A stretch of DNA of 49,897 nucleotides, from the NCBI GenBank assembly GCA_029240715.1, contig JARDZR010000002.1, forward strand, positions 1 through 49,897. The letters run 5' to 3'. Positions 1 to 12,183 of the stretch are shown one piece after another. Below the pieces are notes generated by a model that saw nothing but the letters and a program-made list of their open reading frames with translations, was not told the origin of the DNA and did no database searches. The position numbers and the translations under genes are program-made. The first letter of the stretch is position 1. Each line of letters opens with the position of its first letter. This DNA is from Gammaproteobacteria bacterium. GTDB taxonomy: Bacteria; Pseudomonadota; Gammaproteobacteria; Francisellales; CACEW01.

Positions 1-3000
1 TGTGGCCATGGCTAAAAGCCCAAGAGAAAATTGAACTTTTACAGTCTCAGCTAAGCATTACTCAGTTAGATCAAAGTCAAATTAAATTAAGCAATGTTAG
101 TATTGTTTGGCAAAAGGTCGGTGTCGACCAATATCAACTCGCAAGTGATGTTGATATGGCGGGCAGCTCATCTAATCATGTGGAATTTAAAGCCGTTTTC
201 AGTGGGAATCTTGCCGATGAGAATAGCTTTGTTGCTAACTTTTACGGTGATTTAAAGAGTAAAGATTTTGCGCCTCTGTTGAAACACTATGCAGTGTACC
301 AAATGAATTTATTAAGTGCTGGCGGAGAGGTTCAATTTTGGGGCAACTGGCAGGGTAACAACTTACAGCGACTTCACGCCATTTTTGGCTTAAACAATAT
401 TGAGCTCAGCAACACGGAGCAAGGCGTTAAGCTTGATTACTTTAATGAGAATGTACTTTGGCAGCGTCAGGCCGGCGGATGGCAATTGCTTATGCAAAGG
501 CAAAGTGTGCCTGGACTCAACCAAGATGACGATAATGATAACCATATTTATATTAGTTTCAGCCCGCAAGGAAAATTAGAAAATTGGGTTGTGGAGTGCT
601 CTTCAGTCAATATTGAAATGCTCAGCAGTTTGTTACAGTTTTGGAAAGAAGCCCCCCCTCAATTAATGAATGCCTTGTCTCAGCTTAATCCGCAGGGGCA
701 GTTGCTTAACACTAATGCAGACTGGAGCATTAGCAACAATAAATTACAAACTTATTCTTTTAACGGCTCTATTCAAAACTTTTCTATGAATTCTTGGGGC
801 AAAATTCCAGGTTTCAGTGGGCTATCCGCTAATTTTCATATTACGCCAACTGCAGGCACGTTACAGCTATCAGGACAGCAGGCAGTGTTAAGCCCTAATT
901 ATTGGTTTAACCAGGGCTGGCCTCCTGCAGAGTTTAATGCCAATTTAAACTGGCAAGAGATAAGCTCAGGCTGGAAAATTACCATTAGCCAATTAAGTCT
1001 GCATAACAGCTGGCTGGATTTTAATGGCCAAGGCCAAGTTTTATTACCTGTAGCTAACTATAAAAACGCCCAAATTCAGTTTTTAGCTGGGTTTGCTTTA
1101 AGCAATGCCCAAGAAGTGATAGCTAATTATGTTCCAGAGCATGGTATTTCCGAGGCATTAAGTGTCTGGCTGCAAAGCGCTTTTATTTCAGTGCCAAGCG
1201 TTAAGGGATCATGGGTTTGGCGCGGCAATCTTCTTGATATGCCCTATGCTAACCAGCAAGGACAATTTGAAATTGCCGCCAATGCTCAGCAAGTCAGCTT
1301 GGTTCCCTGGCCTCAATGGCCGTCAATTAGCGGAATCAATGCGAGCCTTGTTTTTGATGGTTCAAGCTTCGCGCTTAGCAGTAAATCGGCTAATTCATTA
1401 GGGGCGCAATTAAGCAATATTGCGCTTACTGTATCTGGAGTTGGAAAAAAAGGCCCTAAAAAACTGCTGGTTGAAGGAGACGTCAATACAACTGGCCCCG
1501 AATTAAAGTCATATTTTCAAAGCAGTCCTTTAGTACAAACCTTAGGAGTAGAGTTAGATAATCTCCATCTAAACGGCCCATTAAGTGGACATTTAAGGCT
1601 GTTGTTCCCGTTCTCGAGCGGCCAGCATGCTAACATTTCAGGTAATGTTAATTTTTCAAATAACCAGCTTATTTTGGCTCATGCCCCCTGGATTATCGAT
1701 AATATTCAGGGAAGCTTTTCCTTTTCACCTACGGCTTTACATAGTGAAGGTTTGACGGCGACTTTCTTAGGAGACCCTTTGCAAGTCACCATGAGCAGCA
1801 GCAATGAAAAGGGTATAATTTCTCAGCACATTGATATGCATGGCATATTAAATTTTGATGCCATGAATCAACTTGCGCCAACTGCATCATTTAAATGGTG
1901 GGAGCTTATTACAGGCAATACCCCATTTAATTTTAAAGTTGTGATGTCTTCTAAAAAGCTTTATATGATTTTTAATTCTTCTTTAAAAGGCATTGCTATT
2001 AATTTACCGGCCCCTTTTAATAAGGCCAACAATTCAGATTTGCCATTGAAAGTGGAAGTTCAGGCTAAACTTGGAAGTTTGGATGTTCCAGTTAGACTCA
2101 GTCTAGGCCGGCGTTTGTCCGGATATTTACTTTGGGTTTCAAACCATCAGATTTTAAATTTTAGCAAAGGGCTTATAACGATTAACCCGCAGTCGACTAA
2201 ATTGACATTGCCAAAAAGTCCGGGTTTGTTAATTAATGGCACCATAGCTTATGTGACGGTAGAGGATTGGGTTAATAGCTTTAAACCACTGTTTCCATAT
2301 TCAAGTACTGTTTCTACTGGTCCTTCGGTGGTGTCAGCTAATACCTTTCCTTGGTTTAATGCAGTCAATTTAAATGTCAGCTATCTCAATATATACGGGC
2401 AGTTGTTTAATGACTTAAATATTAACTTAAGCCATCCTAAGCAAGACTGGCAAATTGCTGTAAATGGGGCCCAAGCGCAAGGAACGATTGATTTGCCACA
2501 AAACTGGCAGCAACCTGTCTATGTAGCCCATTTTAAACACCTTAGTTTAGCGAGCAGCAATACTGAGCAAACTCAGCAGCCTCAGCAACAGGCAAGCAGC
2601 TCTAAGCTTTCAGCTAACTATCTTTCAAAATTACCAGGGCTGTCAGTCGTCATTGACCAATTTACTTTACAACAACAATCTTTAGGTAGCATTAAGCTTG
2701 AGACCAATCCATTACCTAATGGGGTCAATATCAACACTTTGGATATTGAAAATCAGGATATCTCAGCATTAATTAAAGGCAGAATTATAGGTCAAGGGAA
2801 GCAAGATCAGGTTAGCTTGCAGGGCAACCTAAATGGTAAAAACTGGGGTAATGCTTTAACAAGTTTTGGTTATCCAGGATTTATGCAGGATGGTAGCGGC
2901 TCTATTGACTTTCAATTAGGTTGGCTGGGTAGCGTTACGCAGCCTAATTTGCCAAGTATTGCCGGAAAAGTGGATTTCAACCTTAAAAACGGCGGGCTAT

Positions 3001-3428
3001 CCAAGCTTAATCCAGGTGTTATCCGCTTGCTTGGTTTATTTAGCTTGGACTCTTTAATCAGGCACTTATCGTTGAATTTCAGTGATATGACTGACAAAGG
3101 ATTAGCATTTGATACCATTACCGGTGACTATGTAATTGCAAATAGCATTGCCTCAACTCAGAATTTTAGATTGACGGGGCCCTCGCTTGACCTTATTTTG
3201 GAAGGACAGGTCAACCTGGCCGAACAAACGCTTAATCAGACTGTTACCGTCATCCCTCATGTCGGTGGCGGGCTAGCTTTAGCAGCGACTTTAATCGGTG
3301 GGCCCGTAGCAGGAGCTGCAACTTGGGTGGCTGATAAAGTAATAAGCAGTACCTTGCTTAAAGATAAGGGAATTGTGTATCTTGTAACAGGGACATGGGA
3401 TAAACCGGTTGTTACCAGTGCATCATAG
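1..3428 (+). CDS. yhdP: YhdP / AsmA-like phospholipid transport protein (5'-partial)
   Basis: The frame of ORF 156..3428 is open from base 3 (WPWLKAQEKIELLQ...), so the gene starts before the window. It is a long beta-rich protein ending in AsmA_2-like motifs (RLLGLFSLDSLIRHLSLNFSD, GLAFDTITGD, GGPVAGAA, YLVTGTWDKP), in the conserved yhdP-nitrilase-tldD order. Confidence 0.9.
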   Translation, partial: WPWLKAQEKIELLQSQLSITQLDQSQIKLSNVSIVWQKVGVDQYQLASDVDMAGSSSNHVEFKAVFSGNLADENSFVANFYGDLKSKDFAPLLKHYAVYQMNLLSAGGEVQFWGNWQGNNLQRLHAIFGLNNIELSNTEQGVKLDYFNENVLWQRQAGGWQLLMQRQSVPGLNQDDDNDNHIYISFSPQGKLENWVVECSSVNIEMLSSLLQFWKEAPPQLMNALSQLNPQGQLLNTNADWSISNNKLQTYSFNGSIQNFSMNSWGKIPGFSGLSANFHITPTAGTLQLSGQQAVLSPNYWFNQGWPPAEFNANLNWQEISSGWKITISQLSLHNSWLDFNGQGQVLLPVANYKNAQIQFLAGFALSNAQEVIANYVPEHGISEALSVWLQSAFISVPSVKGSWVWRGNLLDMPYANQQGQFEIAANAQQVSLVPWPQWPSISGINASLVFDGSSFALSSKSANSLGAQLSNIALTVSGVGKKGPKKLLVEGDVNTTGPELKSYFQSSPLVQTLGVELDNLHLNGPLSGHLRLLFPFSSGQHANISGNVNFSNNQLILAHAPWIIDNIQGSFSFSPTALHSEGLTATFLGDPLQVTMSSSNEKGIISQHIDMHGILNFDAMNQLAPTASFKWWELITGNTPFNFKVVMSSKKLYMIFNSSLKGIAINLPAPFNKANNSDLPLKVEVQAKLGSLDVPVRLSLGRRLSGYLLWVSNHQILNFSKGLITINPQSTKLTLPKSPGLLINGTIAYVTVEDWVNSFKPLFPYSSTVSTGPSVVSANTFPWFNAVNLNVSYLNIYGQLFNDLNINLSHPKQDWQIAVNGAQAQGTIDLPQNWQQPVYVAHFKHLSLASSNTEQTQQPQQQASSSKLSANYLSKLPGLSVVIDQFTLQQQSLGSIKLETNPLPNGVNINTLDIENQDISALIKGRIIGQGKQDQVSLQGNLNGKNWGNALTSFGYPGFMQDGSGSIDFQLGWLGSVTQPNLPSIAGKVDFNLKNGGLSKLNPGVIRLLGLFSLDSLIRHLSLNFSDMTDKGLAFDTITGDYVIANSIASTQNFRLTGPSLDLILEGQVNLAEQTLNQTVTVIPHVGGGLALAATLIGGPVAGAATWVADKVISSTLLKDKGIVYLVTGTWDKPVVTSAS

Positions 3429-3437
3429 GGGAAAGCT

Positions 3438-4229
3438 ATGGCAAAAGTTGCTGCAATCCAGATGTGTTCAGTTTCTGCAGTAGGAACTAACCTGCTTACC
3501 GCTCAATTTTTAATGACTCGTGCCATGGAAGCTGGCGCCAATTTAATTGTTTTACCAGAAAACTTTGCTTTTATTGGGGCCAATGAAGCCGATACCCTGT
3601 TGATAAAAGAACAGTATGGGCAGGGCAGGGTCCAGGACTTTATTGCTGCACAGGCTAAAGAATTAGGGGTATGGATAGTGGGTGGCACAATCCCTATTGC
3701 TTCTAGTGATGAATCCAAAATCTTTGCCAGCTCAATTGTATGGAATGACAAGGGTGAACAAGTTGCCCGTTATGATAAAATACATTTGTTAAACGCAGAT
3801 TTAGGCGGACTTGAGCACTATCAAGAGCCTGAATATATTAATCCTGGTCAAAACAGTGTCATTGTGAAAACCCCGGTGGGTGTTTTGGGCTTAAGTGTTT
3901 CTTATGATTTAAGGTTTCCTAAACATTTTAGGCAGCTTAGAGACCAAGGTGCGGAGCTGTTTGCAATTCCTTCCTGCTTTCCTGCTATTATGGGTAAGTT
4001 GCACTGGAGGCCTTTACTAAAAGCCCGTGCCATTGAGAACCAATGCTATGCGATTGGAGCGGCTCAGCAGGGTGTGCATGATAGTCATCGGCAAACTTTT
4101 GGCCAAACCATGGTGGTAGGCCCTTGGGGAAGAGTTCTTGGTTTCCATGATATAGGGATTGGCTACACTGTGGTGGATGTGGATTTAGAGCGCCTACATT
4201 TTCTACGCGCCGAGTTTCCAATTGACTAA
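3438..4229 (+). CDS. Carbon-nitrogen hydrolase (Nit1-like deaminated glutathione amidase family); catalytic Cys replaced by Ser
   Basis: Motifs VAAIQM, LPENF (catalytic Glu), YDKIHL (catalytic Lys), ARAIENQCY, VVGPWG. The nucleophile motif reads GLSVSYDLRFP instead of ...CYDLRFP. Confidence 0.9.
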   Translation: MAKVAAIQMCSVSAVGTNLLTAQFLMTRAMEAGANLIVLPENFAFIGANEADTLLIKEQYGQGRVQDFIAAQAKELGVWIVGGTIPIASSDESKIFASSIVWNDKGEQVARYDKIHLLNADLGGLEHYQEPEYINPGQNSVIVKTPVGVLGLSVSYDLRFPKHFRQLRDQGAELFAIPSCFPAIMGKLHWRPLLKARAIENQCYAIGAAQQGVHDSHRQTFGQTMVVGPWGRVLGFHDIGIGYTVVDVDLERLHFLRAEFPID

Positions 4230-4269
4230 GTATTTTTCCCATTAATTTACATAGAGAAGTATTATAACA

Positions 4270-5721
4270 GTGGAAAAGAATTTCAATATTGCTATACAAA
4301 GTTTATTACATGAAAGCGGTCTAGATTTAAAAGACTTGCAGCAAACCTTGCACAGCATGATGCAAAGGAAATTGGATTATGCTGACCTTTATTTTCAGTT
4401 TCAAAAGTCAGAAGCCTGGTCTTTGGAAGATGGCATTGTAAAAGAAGCCAATTTCCATATTCATCGAGGTCTTGGAATAAGGGCTATTCGAGGAGAAAAA
4501 ACAGGTTTTGCTTATTCTGATGTCATTAGCCTAGAAGCTTTAAGACAATCAGCCCAGACAGCATGCGGTATTGCTGAGGGAAATCAAAATATTTCCATTG
4601 CGCAAAAGCCCTTGCATCAATTTGCCCCATTTTATCAAGCGAGCGATCCTCTAACCGGATTGGCCGAATCAGATAAAGTCGCCTTATTGCAAATGATCGA
4701 TAAAGAAGCCAGAAGGCTAGACCATAGAGTCAAACAGGTAATGGCAAGCTTGGCCGGGACCTATGAAATTGTTTTAATTGCTGCTTCAGATGGCACCGTC
4801 AGTGCAGACGTTCGTCCTTTGGTCAGAATGAATGTTAGCGTCATCGTAGAGCAAGACAATAAGCGTGAACAAGGGTTTTCCGGCGGCGGCGGCCGAGGCG
4901 ACTACCAAATGTTTCTGGAAGCCGAACACTGGAAAAGCTTTGTGCAAGAAGCAGTAAGGTTGGCTACAGTAAACCTAGAGGCAACTGATGCTCCTGCCGG
5001 TACAATGGATGTGGTTTTAGGCAGCGGCTGGCCCGGTGTCTTATTGCATGAAGCAGTAGGGCATGGCCTAGAAGGGGACTTTAATCGCAAACAAACCTCT
5101 TCATTTTCTCAACTCATGGGCAAACAAGTCGCCTCAGAACTTTGCACCATAGTGGATGATGGAACTTTAACAGGAAGACGAGGCTCTTTAAATGTGGATG
5201 ATGAAGGCACCCCGACCCAGCAAACTATTTTGATTGAAAACGGCATTTTAAAAAACTATATGATGGATAAATTAAATGCCAGACTAATGGGCGTCAATTC
5301 AACCGGGAATGCCAGAAGAGAGTCTTATGCTCATATTCCTATGCCAAGGATGACCAATACCTATATGCTACCTGGAAAACATGATCCCAAGGAAATTATT
5401 GCCTCAGTGAAAAAGGGCCTTTATGCGGTGAACTTCGGAGGGGGGCAGGTTGATATTACCACCGGCAAGTTTGTATTTGTTACCAACGAAGCCTATCTCA
5501 TTGAAAATGGTAAAATCACTAAACCAGTTAAAGGGGCGACCCTGATTGGAGACGGACCTTCGGCTTTAAAACATGTCAGCATGGTAGGTAACGATTTACA
5601 GCTAGATTTAGGGGTGGGGGTCTGCGGAAAAGAGGGACAAAGCGTTCCAGTTGGAGTGGGGCAGCCGACTTTAAGAATCAATGGTTTGACAGTAGGCGGC
5701 ACCAGTGGCGGAACTCAATAA
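4270..5721 (+). CDS. tldD: Metalloprotease TldD
   Basis: [22 protein letters not shown] metal-binding motif, [28 protein letters not shown]. Confidence 0.96.
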   Translation: MEKNFNIAIQSLLHESGLDLKDLQQTLHSMMQRKLDYADLYFQFQKSEAWSLEDGIVKEANFHIHRGLGIRAIRGEKTGFAYSDVISLEALRQSAQTACGIAEGNQNISIAQKPLHQFAPFYQASDPLTGLAESDKVALLQMIDKEARRLDHRVKQVMASLAGTYEIVLIAASDGTVSADVRPLVRMNVSVIVEQDNKREQGFSGGGGRGDYQMFLEAEHWKSFVQEAVRLATVNLEATDAPAGTMDVVLGSGWPGVLLHEAVGHGLEGDFNRKQTSSFSQLMGKQVASELCTIVDDGTLTGRRGSLNVDDEGTPTQQTILIENGILKNYMMDKLNARLMGVNSTGNARRESYAHIPMPRMTNTYMLPGKHDPKEIIASVKKGLYAVNFGGGQVDITTGKFVFVTNEAYLIENGKITKPVKGATLIGDGPSALKHVSMVGNDLQLDLGVGVCGKEGQSVPVGVGQPTLRINGLTVGGTSGGTQ

Positions 5722-6166
5722 TATTAAAAATAAAGCAATAAGCTATTTAGCTCGGCGTGAACATAGTCGCTATGAGTTAAAACAAAAATTGCTGCAGAAA
5801 TTTCCTTTGCAAGAAGATGCAATCAACCAGCTGTTGGAAGAATTAAGTGAACAACGCTTGCAAAGTGATGCGCGTTTTTTAGAAAGCTTTATTAGGCATC
5901 GTGCTAACTCAGGCTATGGTTTGCTGAGAATTAAACAAGAGCTTTCTCAGCACCATATAGATCAAGAATTAGTGCTTGAAGTGTTAGAGAACTTAGCAAT
6001 TGATTGGTTTGAGGTGCTTCAATCTCTTAATCAAAAAAAGTATGGCGATAAGCCTTTTAAAGACTATCAAGACAAGATGAAACGCAGCCAATATTTATAC
6101 TTACATGGCTTTTCGCATGATGAAATTAAACATTTGTGGCAAAATCTCAGCTCAAATTGTCCTTAA
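5705..6166 (+). CDS. recX: Regulatory protein RecX
   Basis: [42 protein letters not shown]; 153 aa; overlaps the tldD 3' end. Confidence 0.92.
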   Translation: MAELNNIKNKAISYLARREHSRYELKQKLLQKFPLQEDAINQLLEELSEQRLQSDARFLESFIRHRANSGYGLLRIKQELSQHHIDQELVLEVLENLAIDWFEVLQSLNQKKYGDKPFKDYQDKMKRSQYLYLHGFSHDEIKHLWQNLSSNCP

Positions 6167-6675
6167 TATAGGCCGAATGCCCGATAAGCTTGGTCTAGTT
6201 TTTCTCTCATCTCATCTGCTTCCATAGCATCTAGGATCTGCGCCGTTTCAGCATCGGTTAGAAATTTTTTGCCGGGGCAAGGTTCACCCAATCTTTCTAG
6301 AACCCTAGCATTGAAATTTTTACGCTCAGGGGCGTGGGGCGCTTTGCCAAGTGCAAAAACATGGCCAGGGGCCGGGTTTCGTCTCATAGCCAAGGCTTTT
6401 GCCTGTTTCTCTTCTCGACTCATAGGGAAGGGGTGTTCCATTAAACCCAATCTATTGCACTGATCTTCATAGCTTTCAGGTTTGATTGATTCAGGAAGGC
6501 GGGGAGAAAGCTTAAATGAAGAATCTAAGGAAGTATTAGCCATAGAAGGGCGTTGCAGCGGGCTTCCCATTTCAATTAAACGCGTAGACATCTCTGAGGT
6601 ATCCGCTTTGATCTCTCTTTTCCAGAAACAAAAAAAACGAAACACGCCACAGCAATTGTAAGTATCCTTACCCAT
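6163..6675 (-). CDS. Hypothetical protein with N-terminal Cys/aromatic motif (NCCGVFRFFCFW)
   Basis: 170-aa ORF filling the recX-alaS gap, with an AGGA-like RBS upstream; no recognised domain. Confidence 0.6.
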   Translation of the reverse strand: MGKDTYNCCGVFRFFCFWKREIKADTSEMSTRLIEMGSPLQRPSMANTSLDSSFKLSPRLPESIKPESYEDQCNRLGLMEHPFPMSREEKQAKALAMRRNPAPGHVFALGKAPHAPERKNFNARVLERLGEPCPGKKFLTDAETAQILDAMEADEMREKLDQAYRAFGLY

Positions 6676-6811
6676 AAAAGGTCCTAGTTAGCCGTTTTTG
6701 CTATGCTATCTATTTTATAGAAAAACGGCAAGTTTTATCTTGCCAAGCTCTTTAATGTTGCCGTGAAATCCATTAAAGTGGGAGCTTGAATTGACATCAT
6801 TTAGGTTGAAT

Positions 6812-9406
6812 ATGGACTCACAAACTTTAAGACAAAAATTTAGCGAGTTTTTTATTAAAAAACAGCATGCAGCAGTGGAAAGCAGTTCATTGGTGCCGCA
6901 TGATGACCCCACCTTGCTGTTTGCCAATGCCGGCATGGTGCAGTTTAAAAATGTATTTTTAGGTCATGAAAAACGTGAATATTCCCGGGCCACCTCTATC
7001 CAAAAGTGCGTAAGAGCCGGTGGAAAACATAACGATTTGGAAAATGTAGGCTATACCGCCCGCCATCATACTTTTTTTGAAATGATGGGGAATTTCAGTT
7101 TTGGTGATTACTTTAAAAGAGAGGCCATTCATTTTGCCTGGGAATTTTTAACCGAAGTGATTAAATTACCTAAAGAAAAACTATGGGTCACTGTCTTTGA
7201 GGAAGACGATGAGGCAGCTGATATTTGGCTTAAAGAAATCGGTGCCGATCCTAAGCGTTTTTCAAGAATAGGGGCTAAAGACAACTTCTGGGCAATGGGC
7301 GATACAGGCCCTTGCGGTCCTTGCACTGAGATTTTCTATGACCACGGCCCTGAAATTGCCGGAGGGCCTCCGGGTTCTTTAGAAGCTGACGGTGACCGTT
7401 ATATTGAAATCTGGAACCTAGTATTTATGCAGTTTAACAGACAGGCAAATGGCGAGCTTTTACCTTTGCCCAAACCCTCAGTGGACACTGGCATGGGTTT
7501 AGAGCGTTTGGCTGCTATTTTACAAGGGGTCCACGATAACTATGATATCGATATTTTTCAACATATTATCAAAGCCATTGCAAGCCTTTCTGGCACCACA
7601 GATTTAAGCCATAAATCACTTCGAGTCATTGCCGACCATATCCGTTCCACCAGTTTTTTAATTGCTGATGGCGTGATTCCAAGCAATGAAGGCCGCGGCT
7701 ACGTTTTAAGACGCATTATAAGAAGGGCCATTAGGCATGGGCATAAGTTAGGCCTCTCTGAGACCTTCTTTTATAAGTTAGTGCGACCTTTAGTTGAAAT
7801 TATGGGCGAGGCCTATCCAGAGCTAGTGCGTGAGCAAGCAAGCATTGAAAGAATATTAAACGAAGAAGAACAACAATTTAAACGCACCTTGGACCAAGGT
7901 TTGAAAATTTTAGAGCAAGATTTAGCCGGCTTAAAAGGCCAAGTTATTTCTGGAGAAACGGCGTTTAAACTCTATGATACTTATGGCTTTCCCGTTGACT
8001 TAACCGCTGATATTGCCAGAGAGCGCAGTTTAAGCATTGATTTAACCGCTTTTGAAGCCTGCATGGAACAGCAAAGACAAAGAGCTAGAGCTTCCAGCCA
8101 ATTTAATTTGGATTATAACGAATCTTTAAAACTAGACTGCGAAACCCACTTTGTTGGCTATGAGCATTTGGCAGAAACCTCAGAAGTCACTGCTTTGATC
8201 AAAGAAGGCAAAGAGGTTAAGTCAATCAGTTCAGGTGAAAGCGCTGTCGTCATACTAAGCACCTCTCCGTTTTATGCCGAGTCAGGCGGGCAGGTCGGAG
8301 ACAGAGGAACCCTAAACTTTTCAGGTGGTGAATTTATTGTAGAAGATACCAAAAAGCAGCAAAGTGCTTTCATGCATTATGGAAAATTAGCGTCCGGAGA
8401 GCTTCGAGTAGGCATGCTGGTAGAGGCCAAAGTCAATGCTGAATTAAGAAGGCAAACTGCATTAAATCACTCGGCCACTCACTTACTGCATAGAACTTTA
8501 AGAGAAATTTTAGGGACTCATGTTGAACAAAAAGGTTCTTTGGTCGAAGCTGATCGTTTACGTTTTGACTTTTCTCATTTTGCAGCCATAAGTTTTGATG
8601 AGCAGAGGCTTATTGAAAATATCGTCAATGAAAAGATTCTTGAGAACTTGCCAGTTGAAACAATGCTAACTACGCCCGATCAAGCCAAGCAAATGGGAGC
8701 AATGGCCTTATTCGGTGAAAAATATGGCGATGAAGTCAGAGTATTAAAAATGGGAGATTTTTCTATCGAGCTATGCGGAGGGACTCATGTTCATAGCACA
8801 GCTGAAATAGGCTCCTTTAGAATCATTTCTGAAACAGGCGTTGCATCAGGTATACGCCGCATAGAAGCTGTTACGGGACGGGCAGCCATTCGCTACATGC
8901 AGGAAGATAAAAAGCTATTGAACCATTACGATGCTATTTTGCAAAGTAAGGGTGAGCAAGCGTTTGTTAAATTACAGCAAACTATTGAAAAGCAAAAAGC
9001 CAATGAAAAAGAATTGCAACAACTTCGCGCTGAAAAGATGCTCTCAGCGGGCGCTAATTTAGCCGATCAAGCTCAAGCAATGGGTGATATTAAATTATTG
9101 GCTTGTAAAGTGGATATAGCTGACGCTAAGGCATTGCCTAAACTGGTGGATGAGCTTAAAGCTAAATTGCAAAAAGCTGTCATTGTTTTGGCTGTTTCGC
9201 TTGATAACAAAATTTCTTTGGTGGCAGGGGTGACTGATAATCTGACCCAGCAATTTAAAGCAGGTGAGCTTGTGAATTTTGTCGCCCAACAAGTTGGAGG
9301 CAAGGGCGGTGGTAAAGCTGATCTTGCTCAAGCGGGCGGAACTCAAATAGAGAATTTAGAACAGGCATTACATTCTGTGAGTAATTGGGTAAAAGCTAAA
9401 CAATAA
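6812..9406 (+). CDS. alaS: Alanine--tRNA ligase
   Basis: [53 protein letters not shown] and ELCGGTH editing site, GGKGGG. The ATG at 6812 is preferred over the TTG at 6791. Confidence 0.98.
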   Translation: MDSQTLRQKFSEFFIKKQHAAVESSSLVPHDDPTLLFANAGMVQFKNVFLGHEKREYSRATSIQKCVRAGGKHNDLENVGYTARHHTFFEMMGNFSFGDYFKREAIHFAWEFLTEVIKLPKEKLWVTVFEEDDEAADIWLKEIGADPKRFSRIGAKDNFWAMGDTGPCGPCTEIFYDHGPEIAGGPPGSLEADGDRYIEIWNLVFMQFNRQANGELLPLPKPSVDTGMGLERLAAILQGVHDNYDIDIFQHIIKAIASLSGTTDLSHKSLRVIADHIRSTSFLIADGVIPSNEGRGYVLRRIIRRAIRHGHKLGLSETFFYKLVRPLVEIMGEAYPELVREQASIERILNEEEQQFKRTLDQGLKILEQDLAGLKGQVISGETAFKLYDTYGFPVDLTADIARERSLSIDLTAFEACMEQQRQRARASSQFNLDYNESLKLDCETHFVGYEHLAETSEVTALIKEGKEVKSISSGESAVVILSTSPFYAESGGQVGDRGTLNFSGGEFIVEDTKKQQSAFMHYGKLASGELRVGMLVEAKVNAELRRQTALNHSATHLLHRTLREILGTHVEQKGSLVEADRLRFDFSHFAAISFDEQRLIENIVNEKILENLPVETMLTTPDQAKQMGAMALFGEKYGDEVRVLKMGDFSIELCGGTHVHSTAEIGSFRIISETGVASGIRRIEAVTGRAAIRYMQEDKKLLNHYDAILQSKGEQAFVKLQQTIEKQKANEKELQQLRAEKMLSAGANLADQAQAMGDIKLLACKVDIADAKALPKLVDELKAKLQKAVIVLAVSLDNKISLVAGVTDNLTQQFKAGELVNFVAQQVGGKGGGKADLAQAGGTQIENLEQALHSVSNWVKAKQ

Positions 9407-9435
9407 AAAAGCAGGATTAAACTGCTTTTTTATTG
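9401..9435. terminator. Bidirectional intrinsic terminator after alaS
   Basis: caataaaaaagcag-gattaaa-ctgcttttttattg inverted repeat with A/T tails on both sides, between convergent genes. Confidence 0.75.
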
Positions 9436-9444
9436 GCTTTAAAG

Positions 9445-9654
9445 TTACGCTATGTCTTCAACAAGACCGTGTGCAGAAATATTGAGACTTTTAGCAAGTT
9501 TAATAAGTTCAGGGTAGGGCAGCCTTTCAAGTGTGGCATAAACTTGACTTGCTTGATGACTGAGCTGCACAATATGCTCACCTTCTCGGTTGAGCCCTTT
9601 ATAGGTGCGTGGAATATTGTCAAATATTTCACGGATCAAGGTGTATCTAGACAT
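9445..9654 (-). CDS. Small hypothetical protein (69 aa, MSRYTLIREIFDN...)
   Basis: Strong SD (GGAGGT) just upstream of the ATG at 9654; the ORF ends beside the bidirectional terminator. Confidence 0.6.
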   Translation of the reverse strand: MSRYTLIREIFDNIPRTYKGLNREGEHIVQLSHQASQVYATLERLPYPELIKLAKSLNISAHGLVEDIA

Positions 9655-9893
9655 AGCAACCTCCAATAATTTTATTATTATATTTATAAGGTTAAATCTA
9701 CTGCTAGTGAGACGATTATAAGCATAGCTTAAGTTTGAAATCAATCTACAAATTTTGATCACATTCTAATTGAATTTAAACGAATAATATCAAGCATTTA
9801 TCTGGAATGCGCTCAGTGCATTTCAGTATATTCCTTTACATTGCTATAACAGCTTGCTACATTTCTTGCACTACATTGAAAGGATCTAATTTC

Positions 9894-11135
9894 ATGCCAA
9901 AAAGCGAGCAACTCAAACAACAAGCACTTGATTACCATCGCCACCCAAAACCAGGCAAGTTAGCAGTGAGCATTACCAAGCCCACCGCCTCTCAGCATGA
10001 TTTATCATTAGCTTATAGCCCGGGAGTGGCTGAACCTGTGCTTGAAATTGCCAAAAACCCTGACGATGCATACGCCTATACCAATAAAGGAAACCTCGTT
10101 GCGGTAATTAGCAATGGTACAGCTATTTTGGGCTTGGGAAATTTAGGTGCTTTAGCCAGCAAACCTGTTATGGAAGGAAAGGCGGTATTATTCAAAAAAT
10201 TTGCTGATATTGATGTATTTGATATCGAACTTGATGCTGACACTGTTTCAGCTGTAGTTGAAACAGTTTGCAATATAGCGCCCACTTTTGGCGGCATCAA
10301 TTTAGAAGATATTAAAGCGCCTGAATGTTTTGCCATCGAATATGAGCTCAAACAAAGACTTAATATTCCGGTATTTCATGATGACCAACATGGAACTGCT
10401 ATTATCGTAGCAGCAGGCTTACTCAACGCTTTGGAGCTGCAGAATAAGAAAATTGAAACCGCTAAAATAGTATGTTTAGGAGCGGGAGCAGCTGGAATTG
10501 CCACCATGCAACTTTTGGTAAAATTGGGGGCTGAACTTCAAAATATTTATATGGTGGATAGAGAAGGGGTTATCCACATGGAAAGGCACGGCTTGGGCCC
10601 CTATAAATTTGCTTTTGCTCGCCATACTGATAAACGAACTTTATCTGATGCCATGGTGGATGCGGATGTTTTCATCGGGGTATCTGGGCCCAATTTAGTG
10701 ACAAGCGAACAAGTAAAGTCGATGGCGCCAAATCCCATAATTTTTGCATTATCTAATCCCAATCCTGAAATTCACCCTGACTTAATTCGTGCAGTGCGTT
10801 CAGATGCTATTATTGCAACAGGTCGCTCGGATATGCCTAACCAGGTGAATAATGTTTTATGTTTCCCCTATATATTCAGAGGGGCTTTAGATGTAAGGGC
10901 CAGGGTGATTACCACTTCAATGTGCATAGCCGCTGTTCATGCTATTCAAAAACTGGCTAAAGAGCCTGTTCTTCCTGAGGTATTGGCGGCTTATCCTGGT
11001 TTACAATCATTGTCATTTGGGCCAGACTATATCATTCCAAAGCCAATGGACCCAAGACTAAGAGAAAAGGTCGTTCCAGCTGTTGCAGAGGCGGCAATTG
11101 CGGCAGGAGTGGCAGCGGTTAAGGCTTCAGATTAA
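9894..11135 (+). CDS. NAD(P)-dependent malic enzyme (MaeB N-terminal type, no PTA domain)
   Basis: [78 protein letters not shown]. Start at 9894 after AAGGA. Confidence 0.93.
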   Translation: MPKSEQLKQQALDYHRHPKPGKLAVSITKPTASQHDLSLAYSPGVAEPVLEIAKNPDDAYAYTNKGNLVAVISNGTAILGLGNLGALASKPVMEGKAVLFKKFADIDVFDIELDADTVSAVVETVCNIAPTFGGINLEDIKAPECFAIEYELKQRLNIPVFHDDQHGTAIIVAAGLLNALELQNKKIETAKIVCLGAGAAGIATMQLLVKLGAELQNIYMVDREGVIHMERHGLGPYKFAFARHTDKRTLSDAMVDADVFIGVSGPNLVTSEQVKSMAPNPIIFALSNPNPEIHPDLIRAVRSDAIIATGRSDMPNQVNNVLCFPYIFRGALDVRARVITTSMCIAAVHAIQKLAKEPVLPEVLAAYPGLQSLSFGPDYIIPKPMDPRLREKVVPAVAEAAIAAGVAAVKASD

Positions 11136-11156
11136 GATATTTATTAAATACATTAA

Positions 11157-12131
<975 letters not shown>

Positions 12132-12139
12132 ACAATATG

Positions 12140-12173
12140 TATTCTAGAGAAGGCTTAAGTCTTCTCTAGAATA
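12140..12173. terminator. 34-bp near-perfect palindrome (probable terminator hairpin between mdh and gatB)
   Basis: tattctagagaaggctt / aagtcttctctagaata with one mismatch (G-U compatible), between convergent genes. Confidence 0.6.
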
Positions 12174-12183
12174 ACTTCTTATA

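Noticed and set aside
2560-2605. Gln-rich low-complexity stretch (ctcagcagcctcagcaacag) in yhdP
   Set aside because: An ordinary linker; too short and imperfect to be a contingency repeat.
4270-5721. TldD as part of a RiPP pathway
   Set aside because: Standard housekeeping yhdP-nitrilase-tldD context, with no precursor peptide or YcaO nearby.
6791-6796. TTGACA as a -35 box, or TTG as the alaS start
   Set aside because: A -10 box at normal spacing would overlap the ATG at 6812, and AlaRS homology begins at that ATG.
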